Assembly: GCA_023379725.1 (NCBI GenBank)
Contig: JAMCPC010000122.1
Coordinates: 1-44,097, forward strand
Direction: 5' to 3'
DNA length: 44,097 nt
Origin: Actinomycetota bacterium
Lineage (GTDB): Bacteria > Actinomycetota > Acidimicrobiia > Acidimicrobiales > JAMCPL01
Shown here: piece by piece, positions 10,772 to 18,819 of the stretch
Layout of the letters: every line of letters begins with the position of its first letter
How positions within the stretch are numbered: the stretch's first letter is position 1
Notes under the pieces: model-generated
Told to the model about the DNA's origin: nothing
Database searches by the model: none
What the model saw: the letters and a program-made list of their open reading frames with translations, nothing else
Program-made: the position numbers and the translations under genes

Positions 10772-11030
10772 TAGTGTAGTGTCTCGTAAGAGGCTCAGTG
10801 GACAGGCAGGTTGGATCAGGGAACCGTTCATCCAGACGAGCAGGGCAAGGCGGAGGAGGAGAGGCAGGCTGGAGCGCCTGCCCGACGACGACAACGCAGT
10901 AATGCGAAGTCTGGGGGGCGGTGCGCCCGAGATGCCTATCCACTGAGCCTCTAAATGACCATGGGTTCCCGCCAGCCGGATGATGCCCTTCGTAGTAGGA
11001 TAAAACGCCTGGCCAATTTGCAAAGATCGC
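10772..11030 (+). repeat. Composite MITE-like repeat, copy A2 (outer element with internal deletion plus nested 162-nt insert), located between ureA and ureB
   Basis: tagtgtagtgtctcgtaa, then the insert at 10790-10951, then taaatgaccatgggttcccgccagccggatgatgccc.... It accounts for about 260 nt of the 364-nt ureA-ureB gap. Confidence 0.85.
10790..10951. repeat. Nested 162-nt palindrome-closed element (copy 1)
   Basis: gaggctcagtggacaggc...gcctatccactgagcctc forms an 18-bp terminal stem. It is about 92% identical to the reverse complement of 23455-23616. Confidence 0.85.
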
Positions 11031-11076
11031 CATACAGACTGTAAAGAGACAATCGGTACTACCACATCCTTGACCA

Positions 11077-11379
11077 TCACTGCACCGGGTAGTGAATTGT
11101 CACCAACTTAGTACCGTCAGGAAAAGTAGCCTCTATCTGTACCTCATGTAGCATCTCAGCTACTCCTTCCATCACGTCATTGCGAGTCAATACATGCCTA
11201 CCGCCTTCCATGAGGTCGGCTACCAGCAATCCGTCACGAGCTCCCTCCAGTACAAATGAGGAGAGCAGGGCGACAGCCTCAGGGTAATTCAGCTTGAGAC
11301 CCCGTTCACGACGATCCCGAGCAACCATAGCGGCAAGATATATCATCAGTCTCTCCTGCTCGTGGGGACTAAGCCTCAT
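11077..11379 (-). CDS. ureA: Urease gamma subunit UreA
   Basis: 100 aa. [39 protein letters not shown] is the canonical UreA sequence. Confidence 0.95.
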   Translation of the reverse strand: MRLSPHEQERLMIYLAAMVARDRRERGLKLNYPEAVALLSSFVLEGARDGLLVADLMEGGRHVLTRNDVMEGVAEMLHEVQIEATFPDGTKLVTIHYPVQ

Positions 11380-11409
11380 AGTCTATAACCAGCTCTTCGC
11401 TTCATTGCT

Positions 11410-12951
11410 TCATCGTACATCAACATCCATTCCCAGTTTTGCAATCAGGGAGCGTAATGCAGCACGACCTTCAGCGTCAGTAGATGCATGCCTTACGACA
11501 AAGTATACGCTCCCGAGCACGAGGCCGGCCAGGAATATGATCGGACCCCATATAAGAGGCACTACCACAGGGAAAAAGGTGTAAAAAATACCTATGCCTA
11601 TCGTAACAAGCGATAGCATGGGTAATACAATATGCACAACGACCCGCGTCATGTCCCTGCCGTGAGCAAAGAACGGTAGAGCAAGATTGCCCAGAATGTG
11701 CCCGATAAACTCCCCCATAGTCGCAATGAGAATCAACACGGTAAACGCCGTCACCGGCCCCCATATCACACCGGCTACTATTGCACCTGCCGCCCCAGAC
11801 AAAAGGCAGACCAGCACCGCAACCCTTGGCGTACCGCTCCTATCATCTACATCCTGGAAACTCTTTGGAAGCAGGTCGGCCAGGGACATCACATGAGTTA
11901 CCCTGCTTACCACCAGTGATGATGCGATAATCGCACTGGCAATACTGTTTGCCATGAACACCGCAACCAGCAACTCCATACCGCTACCCATATACTTATG
12001 AATCACGAGTAGCCCGGGGATGCTTGAGTTGGCGAATGCAGCCATATGCGTGGGACCCCATCCTATGGTGAGCGCATACGCCACAAACACCATGATTATC
12101 GCCACTGCAGCGGTCGATAGCACCAGCCCTCTACGCACAGCTTTGTGCGGCATCCTGGCCTCGTGGCCAAGGAATATCGTGGCCGTCGAACCGGACATAC
12201 CGAAAGCAGCCAGCAGCAGACCAACACCTATGCCTGATATGCCACTCTTGGCAAGAGACGGCATAAACACGCTGGCAGTATTGTGATGTCCGGCCAGAAT
12301 CACTATCACTATGCTGGCAACAAGCATGAGTAGCAGTTCCACCACCCCGGCAATGATCCCGTACCGTAGTGAAGGTAACACTCCCCTGTATACAAGTATC
12401 CCCGGAGGGATAATGATCGCCAATGTAAGCGGTATCCATGTCCACCCTGGAACCGAGTGTACTCCGAACTGGACCAGCAGCGACTGGACCATGACAGCGA
12501 AATATACTGCGCCGCCAGCCAGAAATGCCGTATAGTAGAGAGCGTAACTTATGCCGGCAAGAAATCCCAGGTAAGTGCCGGTTCCCCTGCTCACGTAATA
12601 GAACATGCCTCCAGAACTGGCCAGTTTCTTCGAATACTGCAAAGGGGTATTGACCCAGAGCCACACAAGGCCGGCGCCAAGCAGGTAAGCCAGCGGTAGT
12701 GCCCCAAGTGCATAGATGGCTGCCGATGTCAACACAGCGCCCATGCACAGTAGAGGTCCGTTGGCAATTATTCCCTGTGCAACTACGTGACCACTGGTAG
12801 CTCTGTTGCGGTGAAGCTTCACATACTCGTCATCCTGGTACCTTGCTGCAACAACATCGGCTTTGGCAACGGTGCCGGCGGTAACGGGCATACCGCTCTC
12901 CGAAGCAGTACCGCTTCTGGGAATCGCACTGCCGTTCGAGTTGTCTTCCAT
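11410..12951 (-). CDS. APC-superfamily amino acid/polyamine-type permease
   Basis: 513 aa with about 12 TM segments. It lies 1 nt after the upstream ureohydrolase stop and 30 nt before ureA. Confidence 0.8.
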   Translation of the reverse strand: MEDNSNGSAIPRSGTASESGMPVTAGTVAKADVVAARYQDDEYVKLHRNRATSGHVVAQGIIANGPLLCMGAVLTSAAIYALGALPLAYLLGAGLVWLWVNTPLQYSKKLASSGGMFYYVSRGTGTYLGFLAGISYALYYTAFLAGGAVYFAVMVQSLLVQFGVHSVPGWTWIPLTLAIIIPPGILVYRGVLPSLRYGIIAGVVELLLMLVASIVIVILAGHHNTASVFMPSLAKSGISGIGVGLLLAAFGMSGSTATIFLGHEARMPHKAVRRGLVLSTAAVAIIMVFVAYALTIGWGPTHMAAFANSSIPGLLVIHKYMGSGMELLVAVFMANSIASAIIASSLVVSRVTHVMSLADLLPKSFQDVDDRSGTPRVAVLVCLLSGAAGAIVAGVIWGPVTAFTVLILIATMGEFIGHILGNLALPFFAHGRDMTRVVVHIVLPMLSLVTIGIGIFYTFFPVVVPLIWGPIIFLAGLVLGSVYFVVRHASTDAEGRAALRSLIAKLGMDVDVR

Positions 12952-12952
12952 G

Positions 12953-14068
12953 TCACTCTCCTCCTCTCGGCAGGTAGCCCGCCTTTACCAGGCATCCAAG
13001 AGTATCGCAAATGACCCTGGTCGCCACTAGAGCGGTAATCTCTGCGTTGTCGTAGGGTGGCGAACATTCCACCACTTCTATTCCTGCCAGAGGCTCCCGG
13101 GCGATCAACTGAATGAGCTTGAGAACCTCCCGGGGAAGGAAGCCTCCCGGTTCAGGCCAGCCGGTTCCTGGAACAAAGGCAGCATCCAGACAGTCAACAT
13201 CAAAGGATAGCCAGACCGCGTCCGCGCCGTCCCAGGCCACTTCGAGAGCACGATCTGCCGCTGCCTCTATGCCCATATCCACACAGTCGTTTACCGTCAT
13301 TATTGTGGTACCACGTTCCCGCCCTACCTTTACCCCGGGACGTGGAGCCTGCCACCCGCCTATACCAAGTTGAACCAGATTCTTTGGTGGCACATTGGGT
13401 AGGTTCGTGGCGTGGAACCAGGGAGTAGTATGCATCCGCTCATCAAGATCTGTGTCCTGAGTATCCACATGCCTGTCAAAGTGAATGATCCCAAGATTGC
13501 CATCCAAATGCTCCGCCACACCTCTGGTGGTAGGAAATCCGATCGAATGATCCCCACCGAGCACCACCGGAAATGCGCCAGAAGAGTAGACATGTGCGAC
13601 CGCCCTAGTGACCTGATCGAAAGTCTTCTCAATGTTCGCCGGAATGGTAAATACATCACCAATGTCACACATGGTGATAGATTCCCGTAGATCGACACCA
13701 AGTTCGAAACTGTAAGGACCATAGAGGGCTGATATCTTGCGTATGCCCTGAGGGCCGAAGCGTGTACCCGGCCTATAAGTAGTTCCACCATCAAACGGTA
13801 CTCCAAGAATGGCTACATCATACTCTCCACACCTCCGAACATCTTCCAGGTACGGGGCTTTGAGAAAGGTGTTGATACCCGCGAAATGGGGAAGTTCGCC
13901 ACGAGAGAAAGTAGGTATGCTACGATCATTGAGGCTATCTGCTCCCGGAAGCCCTAATTCCAACCCTCTTGCAATCTCCAGATCATACCGATCATGAGGA
14001 ATCATTCCTTCGGCTTCAACAGCTCTTGCTGCTTCAGGTCCATACCGACCATGTAATTCTTCTGTCAT
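12953..14068 (-). CDS. Arginase-family ureohydrolase (agmatinase / guanidine hydrolase-like)
   Basis: LGGDHSIG, HFDRHVDTQD and SFDVDCLDAAFVPGTG are the ureohydrolase metal-site motifs. I prefer the ATG at 14068, 6 nt after the SD GGAGG. The ORF track starts at TTG 14074. Confidence 0.85.
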   Translation of the reverse strand: MTEELHGRYGPEAARAVEAEGMIPHDRYDLEIARGLELGLPGADSLNDRSIPTFSRGELPHFAGINTFLKAPYLEDVRRCGEYDVAILGVPFDGGTTYRPGTRFGPQGIRKISALYGPYSFELGVDLRESITMCDIGDVFTIPANIEKTFDQVTRAVAHVYSSGAFPVVLGGDHSIGFPTTRGVAEHLDGNLGIIHFDRHVDTQDTDLDERMHTTPWFHATNLPNVPPKNLVQLGIGGWQAPRPGVKVGRERGTTIMTVNDCVDMGIEAAADRALEVAWDGADAVWLSFDVDCLDAAFVPGTGWPEPGGFLPREVLKLIQLIAREPLAGIEVVECSPPYDNAEITALVATRVICDTLGCLVKAGYLPRGGE

Positions 14069-14126
14069 ATACAACCTCCATCAGTCAGGCCGCTCAGATC
14101 TCACTAAGCGGCAATATCTCTTAGTG

Positions 14127-14240
14127 ATCTCCCGGGCTTTTATCCCGCCGTGGGATGAGGATGGAAGGCCATCATTCACCTGTGCCTCTTGGACCAGACC
14201 AGCAAGCAATTGAGCTTGCAGCGGAACCCTAGGCACGCCT
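14127..14240 (-). promoter_or_regulatory. Guanidine-I riboswitch (ykkC-yxkD class aptamer)
   Basis: The minus strand reads CCUAGGGUUCCG-(hairpin)-CUGGUCCAAGAG-(hairpin)-CCACGGCGGGAUAAAAGCCCGGGAGA. All three conserved ykkC blocks are present in the right order, 58 nt upstream of the ureohydrolase start. Confidence 0.85.
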
Positions 14241-14406
14241 CTACGTTGAGTCAATTACATTAAACCACTCAGGTATTTCAGGCAGGTTACCTGGATATTA
14301 CAATTCTATGAACCAAATGTTTCGCAATTGTTTCGTAATACACTCAGCCGAGAGCATAAATAGCCAGAAGTACCATGTGGCTGGCCAGAAAACGCTACTT
14401 AGAGGA

Positions 14407-15084
14407 TCAGGTGTGTAGACCACACTCTGTTTTATCTGTATCTGCCCAACGACCGGCACGAGGATGCTCTCCTGGAGCTACCGGACGGGTAGTCGGCGCA
14501 CAGCCTATAGATAAGTATCCTTGCGATATAAGTGGATGCTCCGGAAGCCCTGCAGAGTCTATGTAACTACTTATATCGTCATCTGTCCAGTTTGCCAGGG
14601 GATTGACCTTTAGCATTTCACGTGTAGCGTCCCATGATACTATTGGAGTATCGGCACGAACAGAAGAATCAGATCGCTTAAGCGCCGTCAACCATGCTGC
14701 CCTGCCTTTCAGCGCCTTACCAAGCGGCTCTACCTTTCTATACTCACAGCAATGCTCACTACCACATGGCCATCCTATGGCACTCTCACCCGGTGAGGTG
14801 ACGGTCAAATTCAAGTTGTATCGCTCTCTGACCTGCTCAACAAATTTAAGCGTCTCAGGAAAATGGTATCCAGTATCCAGAAAGATTACCTCCAAGCCGG
14901 GATCCACTGACACGGCCAGATCTATGATCACACAATCCTGGAACGAGCAGGCCAATGCCACGTTATGATCGTAATAATCTACTGTCCACCCAATAATTTC
15001 CTGAGCGGTTGAATCCTCGAAACGCCGCGAAACTGCCTCTATCTCTGCTATGTCTATGTCTATGTCTATGTCTATGTCCGTCAT
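14407..15084 (-). CDS. cysH: Adenylyl-sulfate (APS)/PAPS reductase CysH, thioredoxin-dependent type
   Basis: HCCEYRKVEPL, SIGCAPTT and the C-terminal ECGLH motif. I chose the ATG at 15084, preceded by GAAGGAG with a 5-nt spacer. Confidence 0.85.
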   Translation of the reverse strand: MTDIDIDIDIDIAEIEAVSRRFEDSTAQEIIGWTVDYYDHNVALACSFQDCVIIDLAVSVDPGLEVIFLDTGYHFPETLKFVEQVRERYNLNLTVTSPGESAIGWPCGSEHCCEYRKVEPLGKALKGRAAWLTALKRSDSSVRADTPIVSWDATREMLKVNPLANWTDDDISSYIDSAGLPEHPLISQGYLSIGCAPTTRPVAPGEHPRAGRWADTDKTECGLHT

Positions 15085-15398
15085 ATTTGCTCCTTCTCTC
15101 TTCATACCTGTCGTACTTCTCTCTTCATGCCTGTCGTATCCACGTCTCCTGCATCAGTATCTGCTGTATGCACTGTGCTTCTCCCTACCCATTCACGTCA
15201 TATCTACATCTGCTGTATCCATACTCATGTCCATCACGTTCGTTTCTCTTGCGTTCGCATCTATATAGTCTGCCTGTCTCTGTCGGACTATTTGCTATGT
15301 CTTTCTTCATTTCCATATCCTCCACAGAGCCAAATCCCGGACATACGCTCCTGTTTCGACGTTTGGCCACCTCTTGGCAGGGCCATTGGCAAGGCTAC

Positions 15399-15427
15399 TT
15401 GCTTTTCATCTCCTATGCTAGTATAAT
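15399..15427 (+). promoter_or_regulatory. Candidate sigma-A type promoter for cysDN
   Basis: TTGCTT, a 17-nt spacer, then TATAAT, about 30 nt upstream of the first ATG of the cysD ORF. Confidence 0.4.
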
Positions 15428-15456
15428 ATGACTAATTAGATCAACTTTTAAGGATT

Positions 15457-16584
15457 ATGCAGAAAATGATAGCAGAAACATTGACAACAGAGATATCGGC
15501 ATTGGCCGAGACAACCTCTGTACCACCATGTAACACGCCAGCGACCCATTCCATAAATAATGTAACGTTATCCGCGGCTTGGGAGTCCGGTAAGTTACCA
15601 AAGACAGGAGAAGGTATAATACAACCAGATAATATGTCATCTAAGGACATGCCAGGGTATGACGTAACGAGCAACCTCATAAAACATAACGTATATGAAG
15701 ACCTCGGTATCCTTGAATCACATGCCATATATGTAATAAGAGAGGTGGCCGCCGAATGCAGCAATCCCGCCATCCTCTTTAGCGGTGGCAAAGACTCAGC
15801 AGTAATACTTCACTTGGCGGTCAAAGCATTTCACCCGGCCAGGTTGCCGTTTTCTCTCTTGCATGTGGACACAGGTCATAACTTTGATGAAGCACTGGAC
15901 TTCAGAGACAAGAGAGCCTCTCAACTAGGAGTGGATCTGATCGTAGCTTCAGTCCAAGCTGCGATAGATGCAGGAAAGGCAGTAGATCCAGGACCGGGAA
16001 TTTCACGCAATAGGCTCCAAAGTGCAGTGCTACTTGAAGCAATAGCACGTAATGGAATTGATGCCTGCCTAGGCGGTGCAAGAAGAGACGAAGACAAGGC
16101 ACGAGCAAAGGAACGAGTACTGTCATTTAGGGACAGTTTCGGCCAATGGGATCCGCACAACCAGCGACCGGAACTTTGGAACCTCTACAATTTGCGAATA
16201 AACAAGGGAGAGCATTTAAGAGCATTCCCTCTCTCTGACTGGACAGAGATGGATATATGGCATTACATAGAGCGTGAGAGCATAGAACTCCCCTCTCTAT
16301 ACTATGCGGCAGAACGGCCTATAGTCGAACGGGATGGAATGCTGCTTGCGTTGAACAAATGGGTGCAGCCCCGTGACGGAGAATCAATCTCCCTTGAAAT
16401 GGTTCGATTCCGTACCGTAGGAGATGCAACCTGCACCGGTGCAGTCCGCTCGAGAGCAAAGACACCGTCAGAGGTAATCGAGGAGCTGAGCCATGTCCAA
16501 CTCAGCGAACGGGGAGCAACAAGGGCAGATGACAAATTCTCGGAGACGGCAATGGAGGATCGTAAGAAAGAGGGTTACTTCTAA
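15457..16584 (+). CDS. cysD: Sulfate adenylyltransferase subunit 2 CysD (with about 60-70 aa N-terminal extension; start uncertain)
   Basis: ESHAIYVIREVAAECSNPAILFSGGKDSAV is the PP-loop and matches the CysD N-terminus. Alternative starts are at 15466, 15634 and 15649. Confidence 0.88.
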   Translation: MQKMIAETLTTEISALAETTSVPPCNTPATHSINNVTLSAAWESGKLPKTGEGIIQPDNMSSKDMPGYDVTSNLIKHNVYEDLGILESHAIYVIREVAAECSNPAILFSGGKDSAVILHLAVKAFHPARLPFSLLHVDTGHNFDEALDFRDKRASQLGVDLIVASVQAAIDAGKAVDPGPGISRNRLQSAVLLEAIARNGIDACLGGARRDEDKARAKERVLSFRDSFGQWDPHNQRPELWNLYNLRINKGEHLRAFPLSDWTEMDIWHYIERESIELPSLYYAAERPIVERDGMLLALNKWVQPRDGESISLEMVRFRTVGDATCTGAVRSRAKTPSEVIEELSHVQLSERGATRADDKFSETAMEDRKKEGYF

Positions 16585-17816
16585 TGCTCAGGCTGGCTGC
16601 CGTTGGAGCAGTAGATGATGGCAAGTCCACTCTCATAGGAAGGTTGCTGCATGATACAGGGCAGATACCAGATGATCACCTGCAGGCTGCATTGGCAGCA
16701 AGTAAGCGAAGGGGGATGGACCATATAGATCTATCCCTGCTGACCGACGGGCTACAGGCTGAACGAGAGCAGGGAATTACGATAGATGTAGCGCACCGGT
16801 ATCTGACTATTCCCGGTCATAAGCTCGTTATTGCAGATTGTCCCGGGCACCTGCAGTATACGAGGAATATGGCAACCGGATCATCCAATGCTGACATCGC
16901 CCTGGTGGTGATAGACATAACAAGGGGTATTCGCCAACAGACCAAGCGTCATATGGTAATAGCCTCTCTCTTTGGGATACGCCGTTTTATCATTGCAGTG
17001 AACAAAATGGATGCTGTATCATTCAGCGACTCTGATTACAATGCAATAATAGACAGCCTCAGCGAATTGCAGCATAGCCTCAAACGAGTAAATCTGGAGT
17101 TGGGCGAAGTAATAGCAATACCGCTTTCAGCTTTGACCGGCGACAATGTAGTTTTCCGTTCCAACCGCACACCCTGGTATGCAGGGCCTACGTTACTGGC
17201 CGCTCTACAACAGGTACGTCCCCAGGGTGAAGTAAAATTACCTCTAAGGCTCCCAATACAGTCGGTCATGAGGATAGGATCCACCTCAAGACGTTACGTC
17301 GGAATGATCTCTTCCGGTCGACTTGTAGAGGGTCAAGAAATTACCATACTCCCCTCTAATGTAGTTACTCATGTAGAGAATATATGGGATCCAAGCGGTC
17401 ATGTCAGTATGGCAGGTCCTTTGACATCGGTATCGTTGGAGCTTCGTGACGAAGTTGGTATAACACGCGGTGACGTCATAGTTGAATCTTCGATGATACC
17501 CAGGGTCACCAATCACTTTGAGGCCATACTATGCTGGTGGGACACCCGACCGGCTTATCCGGGTAACAGGTACCTGCTTAAATTTGGAACAAACACTACT
17601 CGTGCATCAATCGGCAAAATAAATACAGTGCTGGACGTAGACAACGTTCAAGAGATAACTGCCACTGAGCTGGAGCACAATGCCATTGGAACATCGACAA
17701 TAGACACTGCTGCATCTCTGCCGCTGGACAGCTACACCACCAATCGAGCAACAGGAAGCTTCATCGTCATAGATGAAAAGACCAACGCCACACTTGGTGC
17801 CGGCATGATCAGGTGA
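16584..17816 (+). CDS. cysN: Sulfate adenylyltransferase subunit 1 CysN (GTPase; no fused APS kinase domain)
   Basis: GAVDDGKSTLIGRLL (G1), DCPGH (G3), NKMD (G4). The start overlaps the cysD stop (TAATG). Confidence 0.9.
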   Translation: MLRLAAVGAVDDGKSTLIGRLLHDTGQIPDDHLQAALAASKRRGMDHIDLSLLTDGLQAEREQGITIDVAHRYLTIPGHKLVIADCPGHLQYTRNMATGSSNADIALVVIDITRGIRQQTKRHMVIASLFGIRRFIIAVNKMDAVSFSDSDYNAIIDSLSELQHSLKRVNLELGEVIAIPLSALTGDNVVFRSNRTPWYAGPTLLAALQQVRPQGEVKLPLRLPIQSVMRIGSTSRRYVGMISSGRLVEGQEITILPSNVVTHVENIWDPSGHVSMAGPLTSVSLELRDEVGITRGDVIVESSMIPRVTNHFEAILCWWDTRPAYPGNRYLLKFGTNTTRASIGKINTVLDVDNVQEITATELEHNAIGTSTIDTAASLPLDSYTTNRATGSFIVIDEKTNATLGAGMIR

Positions 17817-18661
17817 GCGACCATCATCTTCCCTGGTTGCCTGTCTCTGTATCACTGGCAGGCTGGAAATGCCTAGTAGTAGGAGCAGGGCCGGTTGCAA
17901 CTCGAAAGGCCGGTTTGCTCTATAATTGCGGAGCCGCCGTAACAGTTGTCGCGCCGGATCTCTGTGAACAGATGGACAGGCTCGTAAGAGGTGAGGCAGC
18001 CTCGATCGGGCAACATCAGGAAAAAAATTCTATGCTTGATCGTACCTTCATACCAATTACCTTCAAACAAAGGGAGTACAGGCAAGGAGAGGCTTCCGGA
18101 TACCGGCTGGTCATAGCAGCAACCGGAGATCATAAAGTAGACTACAGCGTCGCCAACGATGCATCAGCATCAGGAGCTCTGGTAAATGTAGCAGATGATG
18201 CAAGACCGTCCAACATATTGTTCCCAGCCGTGTACAGAGACAGACATGTATCTGTGTCAGTATCCACCGAAGGAGCCAGTCCTGCGCTTGCAAGCTGGCT
18301 CCGCAACTACATACAGCGTAAACTCCCGCCATACCTGGGAGTGCTGGCCGAGCTATTGAGTCAAGCTCGCCGCGATCTGCATGATACTCATCAAAGCACC
18401 GAAGGCATAAAATGGCACGATATGATAGACGAGATATACGGCATCGACAAAGTCAACGACCCCAACGACCAGACTGCCTGGCTAACTGACCAGCTTACCC
18501 GGCCCGATGATAATGTCACCGAGCTGGACGACCAATTTGGTAAATCCACCAACCGGTTTTTCCGACTGGCTGACCAAGCGATCAAGCCAACTAATCAAGT
18601 CGACCAATTCACCAGTAAAGCACAAAAATCTATCAAGGATTGGTTGAATAGCAATCAATAA
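17813..18661 (+). CDS. Precorrin-2 dehydrogenase / sirohydrochlorin ferrochelatase-like (siroheme synthase N-terminal domain type) with an about 80-aa low-complexity tail
   Basis: The NAD-binding motif LVVGAGPVATRKAGLL and its position after cysDN. GTGA overlap with cysN. Confidence 0.65.
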   Translation: MSDHHLPWLPVSVSLAGWKCLVVGAGPVATRKAGLLYNCGAAVTVVAPDLCEQMDRLVRGEAASIGQHQEKNSMLDRTFIPITFKQREYRQGEASGYRLVIAATGDHKVDYSVANDASASGALVNVADDARPSNILFPAVYRDRHVSVSVSTEGASPALASWLRNYIQRKLPPYLGVLAELLSQARRDLHDTHQSTEGIKWHDMIDEIYGIDKVNDPNDQTAWLTDQLTRPDDNVTELDDQFGKSTNRFFRLADQAIKPTNQVDQFTSKAQKSIKDWLNSNQ

Positions 18662-18680
18662 GACTTATATTGCACCTGCT

Positions 18681-18819
18681 GGGTCAATTAGACCAGGTAG
18701 GTAGATCAGGCCAGTGGGTCAATTAGACCAGGTAGGTAGATCAGGCCAGTGGGTCAATTAGACCAGGTAGGTAGATCAGGCCAGTGGGTCAATTAGACCA
18801 GGTAGGTAGATCAGGCCAG
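18681..18819. repeat. Perfect 35-bp tandem repeat, about 4 copies
   Basis: The unit GGGTCAATTAGACCAGGTAGGTAGATCAGGCCAGT starts at 18681, 18716, 18751 and 18786. The last copy contains the serA stop codon. Confidence 0.95.

Noticed and set aside
10754-11080. ORFs 10754-11080 (-) and 23503-23706 (+) share a nearly identical peptide (ALSSSGRRSSLPLLLRLALL..MNGSLIQPA.PLSLLRDTTLA).
   Set aside because: The shared peptide is simply the translation of the two copies of the nested 162-nt repeat. The ORFs have different starts and ends and no RBS. Nucleotide differences fit stem covariation better than codon conservation.
14260-14400. Promoter for the riboswitch operon.
   Set aside because: A TTGACT hexamer lies just upstream of the aptamer on the minus strand. 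I found no properly spaced -10 element, so I made no call.
15009-15431. Several ORFs (15009-15431, 15050-15268, 15127-15426, 15185-15370) in the cysH-cysD spacer.
   Set aside because: They translate pyrimidine- or purine-skewed repeat DNA into Leu/Ser/Cys-rich strings. They overlap one another in several frames and have no RBS.
18681-18819. Possible CRISPR array.
   Set aside because: The 35-bp units are directly adjacent with no spacers, and no cas genes are present in the window.
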